Positions 1 to 13,458 are shown, counted from the first letter of the stretch. The stretch is 64,000 bases of DNA from Octopus vulgaris (GCA_951406725.2 OX597830.1:33108001-33172000); one strand, 5' to 3'. Notes: generated by a model from the sequence alone, not told the origin. A program made the numbers and translations.

Positions 1-158
1 TCAAATTCTGCCAAGGTCGACTTTTCCTTTCATCCTTTTGGGGGACGATTAAATAAGTACCAGTTACATACTGGGGTCGATGTGATCAACTTAATTCCTT
101 TGTCTGTCTTTGTTTGATTCCTCTATGTCTAGCCCCCTGTGGGCAATAAAGAAATAAA
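1..158 (+). mobile_element. SINE family B, 3' part, cut by the window edge
   Basis: Contains ggtcgacttttcctttcatcc...aataagtaccagtt...ctggggtcga and the tail agccccctgtgggcaataaagaaata. Matches the reverse complement of the copies at 41732-42150. Other copies lie at about 186-388(-), 27660-27830, 54895-55110 and 62330-62630(-). Confidence 0.8.
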
Positions 159-708
159 TAATAATAGTAAAAATAATAAATAATCTTTTCTACAATAGGC
201 ACAGGGCCTGAAATTTGGGGGAAGGAGGCTAGTTGATTACATCGACCCCAGTGTGAAACTGGTACTTATTTTATTGGCCCCAAAAAGATGAAAGGCACAG
301 TTGAATTCAGCAGAATTTGAACTCAGAATGTAAAAATGGATATAAATTCTGCTGCGCGTTTTGCCCTGCCTGCTAACGATTCTGCCGATGAGAAGAAGAA
401 GAAGAAGAAGAAGAAGACAATAATGAAAAATTTTTTCATTAATATTATTACGAAGTTGATAGATGAGGGGACATTACAGTGACAAGTTACAAAAATGTGT
501 GTGTGGAGGGCAGTTTAATACAAACAGTTACACCACGAGCAACTCTCACACTAGTACCACCCATCACCACTACTACTACTACTACTTCTAATAATAATAA
601 TAATAATAATAATAGTAAGAATAATAATAGCAATAATAACTGATTCCATTACTTGTTCATTATTATTAATAACATCAAAGGTAATAATTAGAAAAAGGAA
701 AAAATGTG

Positions 709-742
<34 letters not shown>

Positions 743-860
743 CGACGACGACGTTGATGATGACGACGATGATGGTTATGAAAAACAATGACATTGATTA
801 TGTCGATAATGCTGATGATGATCTAAATCAACAATCAGACAAGAGAACAAACAAAACCAG

Positions 861-893
<33 letters not shown>

Positions 894-1351
894 GTGATGA
901 GGAGGAGTGGAAGGGGCTGGAGGTCGGAGGGGGGTTGGAGATGCAGTGTATGTGAGTGTGTGGGAGTGTGTGCAGTAGTTGCAACTTCGCTCCAGTTCAC
1001 TCATTGTCTCATTGAAATTAGAAATATCCAAAAATCTGCTGAGAAATTCTTCTACATCCACACATGGTTGATTTCGGTAATTAAAGCCTCCTTGATTTGT
1101 CTCTCTACTCTTTTTAGATTCCGCAAACTGACTGCCATTTATTACTCTTAATTTCTTCTGTGTCTCTTTTTACCGATCTTCACAAATGATCTTCTCTAGT
1201 GGATGATGCCAACCAAACAAAGCGCACGCATTGCTATAAGATCACAGCACAAAAGAAAAGATTTGACTAATCTTATATCTGGACTCCTATAGAATTCATG
1301 GGAAGATGAAATGGTTGGCTTGGTGTGTATGTGTAGGAATGTGTGTATGTA

Positions 1352-1396
<45 letters not shown>

Positions 1397-1495
1397 TAGT
1401 TGTAGAAAGGGCTCAGGGTTGGGGAAGAAAATAAATAAACTTCCATCTCAAGTCGGAAAATAAATGAAAACAGTGCAAAACTGACTATGATGATG

Positions 1496-1571
<76 letters not shown>

Positions 1572-1705
1572 TAGTGTTGGTGATGATTAAAATAATAATA
1601 ATAATAATAAATGATTATAATAATGGTAATAATTTAAAGGGACTGGTTGTGAGAAATACAATCAATTAGATGTATTAGGCTAAGTTTATCCATCTATCAT
1701 CTATC

Positions 1706-1770
<65 letters not shown>

Positions 1771-1912
1771 GTTTGTCTATCTATTTATCTCCCTCTCTCT
1801 CCCTCTGTGAATGTGTGTATACACATATAGATAGATGTACAGATATAAGATGTGTGTAGTTACATACATATTTTCATATATATATACATACATTTGTAGG
1901 TATATGTGTGTG

Positions 1913-1987
<75 letters not shown>

Positions 1988-2369
1988 GCACACTCACACA
2001 TATATATATATACATACACATAAAGACAGATAGAGAGAAAGGTAGATAAATAGATTAGATAGATAGATAGATAGATAGATAGATATGCATATATGAAGTC
2101 ATTTGCATACTCTTTCATTTTCATTATCATTGCTGCACTTTCCAGAAGATGTTTCATTTCATATGTGTGTGTATGTGTGTTTGTGTGCATGTGTATATGT
2201 GTTTGTGCATGTGTGCGTGCATGTGTGCGTGCATGTGTGCATGTGTGTAAAAGATTGTCAGGATGAAATCGAAAACATGAAACTGAAACTAAATATACAA
2301 AATAAAATAAAGAAAATGAAATAATATAAAAATAAAAGCAATTCATACATATTCCACCGTTCTGCAAAG

Positions 2370-2406
<37 letters not shown>

Positions 2407-2589
2407 TGTGCACATGGAGACATGAATGTACACATAGACACGCATATATTTGATACTAAGTAAAGAAGGAAAAGTAGGACGAGCATAATTTTGACAGAGA
2501 AAAGATAAATGGATATCAGTAAATATTGAAACAAGTGGAATAATGGGGCCTACTGCAAGGCTGTGCTTGGGTAATGCAGTCGATAATAG

Positions 2590-3985
2590 ATGGGGATGAT
2601 GGTGGTAGTGTTGGTAGTGCAAAGGATGATGTTGATGGTGATGATGTTGTTGACAGTGATGATTATGACAGTGACGAGTATGTTGACGGTGGTGGTGATG
2701 TTGGCAGCGATGATGATGTTGGCAATGATGGTGATGTTGACAGTGATGATGATGTTGACAGTGGTGGTGATATTGACGGTGATGATGATGTTGGCAATGA
2801 TGGTGATGTTGACAGTGATGATGGTGTTAACAGTGGTGGTGATGTTGATGGTGATGATGTTGTTGACAGTGATGATGATGTTGACAGTGATGATGATGTT
2901 GACAGTGATGATGATGTTGACAGTGATGATGATGTTGACAGTGATGATGATGTTGACAGTGATGATGATGTTGACAGTGATGATGATGTTGACAGTGGTG
3001 GTGATGTTGTTGGCAGTGATAATGTTGACGGTGATGATGTTGTTGACAGTGATGATGACGTTGACAGTGACGAGGATGTTGACGGTGGCGGTGATGTTGG
3101 CAGTGATGATGATGTTGACAGTGGTGGTGATGTTGATGGTGATGATGTTGTTGGCAGTGATGATATTGACGGTGATGATGTTGTTGACAGTGATGATGAT
3201 GTTGACAGTGATGATGATGTTGACAGTGATGATGATGATGTTGACAGTGGTGGTGATGTTGACAGTGATGATGATGTTGACAGTGATGATGTTGTTGACA
3301 GTGATGATGATGTTGACAGTGATGATGATGTTGACAGTGATGATGATGTTGACAGTGATGATGATGTTGACAGTGATGATGTTGTTGACAGTGATGATGA
3401 TGTTGACAGTGATGATGATGTTGACAGTGATGATGATGTTGACAGTGATGATGATGTTGACAGTGATGATGATGTTGACAGTGGTGGTGATGTTGACAGT
3501 GATGATGATGTTGATAGTGATGATGATGTTGACAATGATGATGATGTTGACAGTGATGATGATGTTGACAGTGGTGGTGATGTTGACAGTGATAATGATG
3601 TTGACAGTGATGATGATGTTGACAGTGGCGGTGATGTTGATGGTGATGATGTTGTTGACAGTGATGATGTTGACAGTGATGATGATGTTGACAGTGATGA
3701 TGATGTTGACAGTGATGATGATGTTGACAGTGGTGGTAATGTTGACAGTGGTGGTAATGTTGACGGTGATGATGTTGGCAGTGATGGTGATGTTGACAAT
3801 GATGTTGATATTGAGTGATGATTACGTTGATGGTGGTGGTGAAAGTGATGGTAGGGTCGATGATGATAAAGATTATTATGATGGTGATGATGATGGTGGG
3901 AATGGTGGTGGTAGCGTTGGTATTGATAGTGCAAAGGATGATGCTGACAGTGATGATGATGTTGATGGTGATGATGTTGACAGTA
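2590..3985. repeat. 18-bp minisatellite, consensus GATGATGATGTTGACAGT, dozens of copies
   Basis: The tandem array is directly visible. It produces the DDDVDS, MMMLTV and LSTSSS ORFs. Confidence 0.95.
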
Positions 3986-4201
3986 TATTTTTGCCCTCAT
4001 AACAATAGTAATACCAGTCAGCGCTTTCACTGGTGGTTGGTATTCCCATTGGTACCAGTGCAGATCATGATGGTAGTCATGACCAATGTTATCAAACAGG
4101 TGCTTCTCTTATTTTTGTGCTCCTCCCCCAATTCTTGTTAATTAATCAGAATGAGTGGCAGCTATCATAATCTTGTAATGTCCTTCAGGTATTGTAATAC
4201 T

Positions 4202-4532
4202 GTGAAGGCACATGGCTAAGTGGTTAGAGGATTTGGTTCATGATTGTAAGGCTGTGAGTTCAATTCCTTATGATGGCATTGTGTTCTTGAGCAAGACACT
4301 TTATTTCATGTTGCTTCAGTTTTTTGTCAGCTGGCAAAAATGAATAGTACCTGTAATTTCAAAGGGCCGGCCATGTCACATTTTGCATCATGCTGAGTCT
4401 CCCTCAGAACTACGTTAGGGGTACACATGTCTGTGAAGTGCTCAGCCACTTGCACGTTGATTTCGTGAGCAGGCTGTTCCATTGATCGGATCAACTGGAA
4501 CCTCCCATCAGCGTAACTGACGGAATGCCAGT
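4202..4532 (+). mobile_element. tRNA-headed SINE, family E
   Basis: A-box-like tggctaagtggt and B-box-like gagttcaattcc, followed by the CORE-like segment ttgtgttcttgagcaagacactt. A homologous, interrupted copy lies at 14005-14720. Confidence 0.75.
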
Positions 4533-4574
4533 TATTGTCAGACTGGTGCAGTTGATGTTCATATTTATATTCTA

Positions 4575-5160
4575 TCTTTTATCCTTTACTTGTTTCATTC
4601 ATTGGACTGCAACCATGCTAGGGTCATGCCGGTGCCATGCTGGAGCCATGTTAGAGACCATGCTGGGACAATGCTAGGGCTATGCTGGGGCCATGTTGGA
4701 GCCATGCTGGAGCCATGTTGGTGCCATGCTGGGGTCATACTGGGGACATGCTACAGCCATGCTGGGGTCATTTGGGGCCATGCTGGAGCCATGCTGAGGC
4801 CCTGTTGGAGCCATGCCGGGGCCATGCCAGGGCCATGCTGCGGCCATGCCGGACCCATGCTGGACCCATGCTAAAACCCTGCTGGAGCCATGCTGGGGAG
4901 TCATGTCATGGCTAAGCTAGGGCCATGCTGGGCCATGTTGTAGCCATGTTGGAGCAACACTTTGAAGGATTTAGTTAAAGAAATTGACTCCATTACTTAT
5001 CTTTAAAGCCTGGTACTTATTCTACTGGTCACTTATTTGTCAGACTGTTAAGTTATGGGGATGTAAACGAACCAACACTAGTCCTCAAGCAATGGTGGTG
5101 ACAAACCCAAAATGGTGGTGACAAAGACAAAGATACATCGGTACACACAAAAACACACAC
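4575..5160 (-). mobile_element. SINE family C 3' half with an internal expanded 11-12 bp tandem repeat (CCATGCTGGRG) at about 4612-4955
   Basis: The flanks match family C (tttacttgtttca...gactgcaaccatgct and ggagcaacactttgaagg...tacttattcta). The middle is a degenerate array of the motif ccatgctggag. Confidence 0.75.
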
Positions 5161-5584
5161 ATCCAGCTGTAAGAACCTTCGCCGAAACTGACCTTGTGTG
5201 TGCTGGTGCCACATAAAAACTACTCAGTCTACTTTGTTGGGTGATTGGCATTAGGAAAGGCATCCCAGCCATAAAATCCATGCCAAAACAGACACAGAAG
5301 TTTGGTGCAGCCCCCAACTTTGCCAACTCCTGTCAAACAGTCGAACGCACGCCAGCATGGAAAACAGATATTAAATGATGATGATGGTAATGATGATGAT
5401 GATGATGATGAAATCCACTCATATGACTTTGGTTAGCCTGGATCTGTAGTAAAAGACACTTGCTCAAGGTGCCATATAGAAACATAATGATGGTTTCGGT
5501 GATTATGGTAAAACGTGAGATGGCGCTGATGACATTAGGTGAATCTGTTATGATTACATAAAGAGGTGACGAATGTAATGCTGG

Positions 5585-5622
<38 letters not shown>

Positions 5623-5891
5623 GTGATATGGGTTGTACTAATGTAAGGTGTAAGAATGTCGTTACCAAAAGGGCATTTCTTGCAGCGCTAATTTTAGAGA
5701 TGGTGATGTATTTTGCACGACAAGGCAATGATTATGACGTCAGTGGTGATAATCAATGGAATTGATGATATTGGAGCCATGAAACTAAACGAAACCACTG
5801 AAGTTTGTTCAGAAAACTTTTCTTCTATGTATAATTGTTAGATACATGTATGAACATTATATATCCATATCTATATCTATATCTGTATCTA

Positions 5892-5977
<86 letters not shown>

Positions 5978-6659
5978 ATTATATATATATATATATAATA
6001 TATATACATATATTTTATATATTATATATTTTGTATATGCATATATATACATATATATATATTGCATTGATCTATGATAGTTTTTATATGTCTGTGCAAT
6101 TCATGCATCTGCTTATTTATTTAAAATATATGTCCCGGTTATTTTTTAAACCATGACAGATGTCTCCTACTGGTGCCATTTACCATGCAGTCTAATTGAA
6201 ATCAATGCCAATATGAGAAGATTAAATGGGAAATTTGGCGCCAGTATTATCTATGTGAAAATTTTCTATATTTCCCTTCAGTTCTGTGTATTTTCTTTGC
6301 CTATGCATGTATGCATGTTTACAAGTATGTGAGTGTGTGCATGCATATAGTATGTCGTAAATATTTGTATTTTCGTTATCATCATCATTATGTCCATTTA
6401 AGTTCACTGTGGTCTGTATACATACATACATACATACATACATACAAACATACATACACATATATATGTCTATATATATATATATATCAATATAAATATA
6501 TATAGACACACATACATACATATACATATATATATTATATATATGCATATATGTATATATATATATATGTGTGTATACATATGAGAGGGATGACCACTAA
6601 GTGGACATCCATTATGCTAGATATAGACCCCATACATATACATATATACATATATATAT

Positions 6660-6718
<59 letters not shown>

Positions 6719-6944
6719 GTATATATGTATAAGTATATATATATGTATATATGTGTGTGTGTGCATATATATATATACACATACAGGATAGTTAGTTTAA
6801 AAAATTTGCTATCGGACAGTGTGGGGAGTGGTTTCAGGTTTGGTTCCACCATGTGGCAATTTGGGCAAGCGACTTGTACTAAAGCTTTGGGCCAATGAAT
6901 AGATTTGATAGATAGAAACTGAAAGAAATCCCTAGCATGTACAT

Positions 6945-6994
<50 letters not shown>

Positions 6995-7477
6995 ATGTGT
7001 ATTTGTAATCCTTTCACCTCGGTGTTACCTAAGCACTTCCAACAGCAGTCCTATTTTTATTTTTATTCTTTGGTTTAACGAAATGGCTTTTCAGTTTAAC
7101 GAAGTTATAAAATTATCTTCCTATACTCATTGACTCTTTGGAGCACTGCATATAGGCTGCAAAATGAATAAACTGTTTTTAGGTCTATCAACCAAGAATA
7201 TTCCCATACCTTCAAAGAAAATGCACATGGAGTCGCTTATGCACAGAACTCTTCATTCGACTTCACTCGCATTACCCTTTTTGGTTTTATAACATTTTAT
7301 TCTTGTGTATGTTTATATTTTATACTGTTGGGTTTTAGCATTGGGTGCCCTGTTGTTTTAGTGTATATTTATATTTGATTTAAGATAATTTGGGAATGAT
7401 TATAAAGTTGTTTTGACGGATTGGAGTGTTTATTCATTATACCGTTCATTTTATTTGTAACTATATATATGTATATA

Positions 7478-7535
<58 letters not shown>

Positions 7536-7603
7536 CATATATATATATATATACATATGCATATATGTATGTATATATATATATATATGCATATGTATAT
7601 ATG

Positions 7604-7668
<65 letters not shown>

Positions 7669-7697
7669 TACATATATAATTATATACATATATACAA

Positions 7698-7728
<31 letters not shown>

Positions 7729-7818
7729 TATATATATAGATATATGTATATATATATATGCATATTTGGATAAAAATTGATGGTAGAAAATGGTAAAATA
7801 ATTTTATAAAAGTCATTT

Positions 7819-7854
7819 CAATACCGGTTTCGGTCGTTGAGACTTTTTCAACTG
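7819..7854 (-). other. Degenerate minimal hammerhead-like motif, Penelope-like remnant
   Basis: The minus strand reads cag TTGAAAA agtc-tcaac-gacc GAAA ccgg TA ttg. The core deviates from CUGANGA at two positions. Confidence 0.35.
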
Positions 7855-8119
7855 TAAGCATGGAAAACAATAAAATTTTGAAAAAATTAAATGAAAAGTA
7901 TTTTAAGAGAATATTTGCATAGTATTCAAATACAATAATCCCTAAACTACTGCAAGTGTTATGTTCCAAAACCTGCCAGAGAAATAGTTAAAATATATAA
8001 AATATAAATACCTATTGATATTCTGAGGAGTCAGTGGTATGAATTTACTTCTATTTGCCAGAAACATCTGAGTGCACAGTAGCTCAACTGTGATATGACT
8101 AGGGATTACTGCATATATA

Positions 8120-8170
<51 letters not shown>

Positions 8171-8172
<2 letters not shown>

Positions 8173-8720
8173 GAGTGAGCGAGCAGAGCATGCAATCAAA
8201 GTGACACTGGGGTAAAATATACGAAGCCCAGTATACCCATCATGACTACCCGTCTGATAAGGGTACACCAGACACATGCATCACAACCATATGTGCGTGA
8301 CATGGTGATCTCATATCAAGATAAACAGCACATGACCTTGCAGGTGGAGCCCAGTTAGAATTTTCTTCAGATCGAGTAACCCATCCTGCTCAAAAGGTCC
8401 CTGAATAAGGGTTGTTTAAGGACGTTGAACGAAACACCCATGTTTCCAGAGGTGAATTATTCAAACCCCAAAGAATCCTTCTCAACACATGGCTATGATG
8501 CTCCCCCACTACTTCTGCTCGTGATCAGAGATGCACATATCGTCAGCCACTAAGGGACATGCTCAACTGGTTAAGGTCAAACAACTGACAAGCAAATCTG
8601 TGGTATTGAGCAGAATATTTGCTGTAGCCCATCTTTTATACCAAGACAAAACAATGTACATGATAACACTTCCAATCAGTTAAGATCAGAAGCCATGAGA
8701 GCCACTGCCTGGTACTGCAT
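8171..8720. mobile_element. ~550-bp non-coding interspersed element embedded in (TTA)n, copy 1
   Basis: Highly similar to 55183-55722 and to the reverse complement of 24634-25258. Flanked on both sides by TTA repeats. Confidence 0.9.
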
Positions 8721-9064
8721 ATTATTATTGTTATTATTATTATAATAAAGCACAAAAACAAACACTAACACATATACATATACATACATATATGTATATG
8801 TGTGTGTCTGTGTGTTGCTGTGTTGTAACCACATGCTTCTAGGTTCAGTCTCACTACATAGCACCTTGGGCAAGTGTCTTCTACTATAGCCTTGGTCCAA
8901 CCAATTCCTCGTGAGTAGATTTGTTAGACGGAAACAGAAAGAAACCCAACGTATGTATACATACATATGTATCTATACATACATACATATGTATACATAT
9001 AGATGTAAGTATGTACATATATGTATGTATATATGCATATGTTTTATTTATTATATTGTTATTA

Positions 9065-9770
9065 TATGACCGAATGCACGCGTTGTTTTCTCTTCTCCAA
9101 GTAAGTTTTTATTTGAATAATCATGACGCGCACTCTTACTCTTTACTTGACCTTTCCTCCCTGCCTGTCTGTCTTCCTCTCTACTTGTCTCTCCTTCTTA
9201 TTTTTCACCCTTTCTGGCTTCTTTTCCCCTCTCTTTCTCTCTCTCTCTCTCCTCCTCCTCTGGCCGTTGACCGGAGTGCTACAAAAACTTTCTTTCTGCC
9301 CGTGCTTTCAACAAGCTAACATCGACTTCTCTGTCTTTCACAAGCCGATTTTTCACATGCGTTCTAACTAATTTTTCCACCGTCTAGGCTTAAAAAAAAG
9401 CCCTTATTGTTGGTTTCCTTGTCCTGTTATTCTTTATTTGTACTGTTTTTCCTACTGTTTTTTCTTCATTTGTATTGTTTTTACGTCCTGTTCTTGTCAC
9501 TTGTTTTACCCCTCTGCAGAAGAATTTTATTTAATTCTTTTTGCAGGAAGGATTGCATCAGCCGGGTCGTGTTCTGCCCTTACCTTCGAAACACGCATTG
9601 AGTCGAACCAGGGGCAGCTGATGAAGGGAAATTTCCTTGTATTGTTTGTCCTGTAATCTGTTTTTTCGTTGTTAAAAAAAGGCCGTTTCCTTGTTTGATT
9701 TTATGTCTTCATTTCTCGTTGTGTTCTACGTTTTTTTGTGGTGTCCTGTACTCATATATGCATGTATATA
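9065..9770 (+). mobile_element. Probable Penelope-like element terminal remnant
   Basis: CpG-richer, pyrimidine-rich block between TA/TATG repeats. It contains ccttcGAAAc...gTC and CTGATGAaggg-aaattt-cctt half-motifs at about 9580-9640. The assignment is inferential. Confidence 0.3.
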
Positions 9771-10717
9771 TACATATAAATGTAAGTATGTATATATATG
9801 TATGTATATATGCATATGTTTTATTTATTATATGTATATATACATATATATAAATATATACATATATACACATACAGTTGTATGTATGTATGTATGTGTG
9901 TATGTATGTATTTATGGTCTTAGGCCACCCCACCCAATGGCAACTGCTGGGTATGTTTTGATGTCCCTGTAACTTAACAGTTCAGCAAAAGAAACCAACA
10001 GAATAAGTGCTAGGCTCACAAAGAATAAGTCCGGGGCTCAATTTCTTTGACTATAAAATCCCTTTAAGACGATGCTCCGGCACGGTCGCAGGCAAATGAG
10101 TGAAACAAGTAAAAGAATATGTATGTCTGTCTGTATGTATGTATGTATGTATGTATATTATTCTAATAATCAGGGACCTTTTGCTTCCCGTTCCTTCAGG
10201 GTAAATTCCCTTGAATTATTCTCTACACCAACAGACTTATGGTTTTATTACTATGCATGGAAGCATAATTTTTAATAATTGTGAGTTTCAAATTTTACTA
10301 CCTGACTGTTTGATCTTAATTCTATTTTATTTCATTTTCTAATTTAATTATTGTTCATAGAATTTAATTGCCATCTTTTACTTTCCACTAAAACTCGATC
10401 ATAATATATCAATTTTTTTTTTTATTTTGTGGCATGTAAAGTACTTTTCTACATCAGTTTACATAAATACATATTTTTTTATTATTGTTGTACATCCTTT
10501 TTTTTTGTTTTTTACAGACATGAATGGGTATGATCAAGCTTTGTTATATTTTGTTGGCTTTGTTTTTAGTTTTCATCACCATCATCATCATCATCATCAT
10601 CATCATCATAGTCCTCATCGTCCTCATTGCCATCATCACCAACATCACCACCACCACCACTGCCATCATCATCATCATGATCCTCACCACCAACAACACC
10701 AGCATCACTATCAGCCC

Positions 10718-10755
<38 letters not shown>

Positions 10756-10805
10756 CTGACATCATCATGATCATCATCACCGTAATCATCGTTGCCTTCT
10801 TCTAT

Positions 10806-10837
<32 letters not shown>

Positions 10838-11369
10838 CTTCTTCTTCTTCTTCTTCTTCTCCTCCTCCTCTTCCTCTTCCTCCTCCTCCTCCTCCTCGTT
10901 CTTCTTCTTCTCCTCTTCCTCCTCCTTCTTCTCCTTCTCTTCCTCTAAACGTCCGCTTTTCCATACTTGCATAATTCCAGTGTAGTTTCTTTGAGCAGAT
11001 TTTCAATGGACAGAGGCCTTTCCTGTCACTAACCCTCACCTGTATTCAAGCAAGGTAACATTTCGCCATGGTTGGTGGTCATATTTTCATGGAAACAAGC
11101 AAGATCACACTTATGGTTTACAATCATCATGAGATGTCGAGACAAGAGTACACACAAATACATGCACACACACATATATATATATATACACAACAGGCTT
11201 CTTTCAGCTCAAGGCTATAATAGAAGACACTTGCCCAAAGTGCCATGCAGTGTGACTGAACCCTGAACCATGTAATTGGGAAGCAAGCTTCTTACCACAC
11301 AGCCACTCCTGCACCTATATATATATATATGTATATTAGAAGGTTTGGAGGTGATGTACAGGTATTACA

Positions 11370-11447
11370 TATTAGAAGAAATATGGTACTAAGAAATCTG
11401 TAAATATAAAACCATCCAGATTTCTGAGTACCTTATTTCTTCTAATA
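11370..11447. repeat. Inverted repeat (hairpin) with 31-bp arms, 2 mismatches and a 16-nt loop
   Basis: tattagaagaaatatggtactaagaaatctg (11370-11400) pairs with cagatttctgagtaccttatttcttctaata (11417-11447). Confidence 0.85.
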
Positions 11448-11559
11448 CATATGTATATAAATAATGTACTCAGAAATCGAGTGGTTAGAGCATCAAGCTT
11501 ATGATCGTAATGTTGTGAGTTCGATTCCCAGACTGGTATGCATTTTGTGTTCTTGAGCA

Positions 11560-11845
11560 ATGCCAGCCCTCTTGTCCTGAGTGGATCCTGTGCTGGTGGC
11601 ACATAAAAAGCACCATCTGAACGTGGCTGATGCCAGTGCTGTCTGATTGGCTCCCCTGGTGGTGGCACGTAAAAAGTACCTACTACACTCTCGGAGTGGT
11701 TGGTGTTAGGAAGGGCATCCAGCTGTAGAAACACTGCCAGATCAGACTGGTGCCTGGTGCAGCCTCCTGGCTTACCAGTTCTCAGTCAAACCATTCAACC
11801 CATGCTAGCATGGAAAACGGATGTTAGATGATGATGATGATGATC
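11560..11845 (+). mobile_element. RTE-associated 3' UTR/tail repeat, family D, ending in (GAT)n
   Basis: The same sequence directly follows the RTE ORF remnant at about 16340-16520. Other copies lie at about 5165-5410, 28640-28860, 42160-42370, 49380-49690 and, reversed, at 27040-27280 and 42690-43020. Confidence 0.8.
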
Positions 11846-11916
11846 ATCATCATCATCATCATCATATACATATATAACATATATATGCATATCTGCACAC
11901 ATGTGTGTGTGAGTGA

Positions 11917-11948
<32 letters not shown>

Positions 11949-12668
11949 TTGTGTGTGTGTGTGTTTGTGTGTAATTGGTTTTCTCCAGTTCCAGTCTTCC
12001 AGTTCCACACACAAAACTTTGGCTGGAACTATAGTAGAAAATATTTAGCCAAAGTGCTGTGCAGTGGGATTGAACCCCTATGCACATGGTTGGGAAGCAA
12101 TAGCATTATGCTACAAAGTCAACATGAAATTTGCTTTCTGTTAGGTAAACAAATAGAACAAGCAATGCTTCGTGACTTCATTAAGGCACACCTGAACATT
12201 TGTTGTTCATGAATAGATGCAATGATATTTCAATTAATAACTTAGTTGTTAATTATCTAGCATCTTAACCTCTAATCAACTGTGCTTTTGATTATACAAT
12301 ACTCTTGGCTAATTAATGTTTTGCTTAATAATAATCACATCTGGTCTAAATGATCCATAACAGTGAAACACCTGGATGAATAAAATTGAAATAAATGGAA
12401 TGAGAAAGAGAGAGAGAGAGAGAAAGAAAGAGAAAGCATGAGTGGGAGTGGGTTGGAAAACCCTTTATATCTGATTGGATTCAGTTTTAGCCCTGTTATG
12501 GCTGCGTATTCCTCATTATTCATGTCTTGTTTCCAAACTACATGATTCTGAGTTCAGTCTCACTGAATGGCATCTTGGGAAAATGTCTTCTACTATAACC
12601 CGCGGCCAACCAAAGTGAATTTGTGAGGCAGGAACTGAAAGAAGTCCATTATATATGTATATGTGTGG

Positions 12669-12700
<32 letters not shown>

Positions 12701-12702
12701 TT

Positions 12703-12800
12703 TTACTTTTTTAATAAAGTTGCAAAGACATCAGAAAAACTATTACTCAGAGTTTCACGTTCCCATTTGTTGGACAGTTTTGGTTGAGAATAGTACAAAA
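12703..12800 (-). mobile_element. Penelope-like terminal remnant with a degenerate hammerhead motif (12736-12781)
   Basis: The minus strand reads aaaactgt CCAACAA atg-ggaa-cgt GAAA c-tctga-g TA atagtttt. It is an inverted homolog of 13285-13385. Confidence 0.55.
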
Positions 12801-12802
12801 TA

Positions 12803-12843
<41 letters not shown>

Positions 12844-12845
12844 AT

Positions 12846-12929
<84 letters not shown>

Positions 12930-12931
12930 TG

Positions 12932-13016
<85 letters not shown>

Positions 13017-13284
13017 AAGAAGAAGAAAAGAAGAATAAAAGAAGAAGAAGAAGAAGAAGAAGAAGAAGAAGAAGAAGAAGAAGAAGAAGAAGAAGAAGAA
13101 GAAGAAGAAGAAGAAGAAGAGGTATTATAATGATGATGATGATGATGATGATGATGATAATATTTCTTAGAGCAAGGTGTCCGGAAGACACTTGGCAAGG
13201 AATGGAAACAGAATTGAAAGAAGATGGTAATGAAAATGATAATAATAATAATAATGATAAAAATATAAATGAAAATAAAAATAA

Positions 13285-13458
13285 AATATTTTTTTGCTCC
13301 ATTGTCAACCAAAACTGTCCAACGAACAGGAACATAAAACTCTGAGTAACAGTTTTTGTGATGTCTCTGCAGCTTTATTAATAAAGCATACTGATCTACC
13401 TCCAGTATTTGAGAATTATTTTTTCCACCTTGTTTCACATTTATGTCTTTACGCTGGA

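Noticed and set aside
8665-8720. Two short resemblances to U2 snRNA (atcagttaagatcaga and cctggtactgca) in the TAA-embedded element
   Set aside because: The matches are short and imperfect, and their spacing is much shorter than in U2. This is likely chance.
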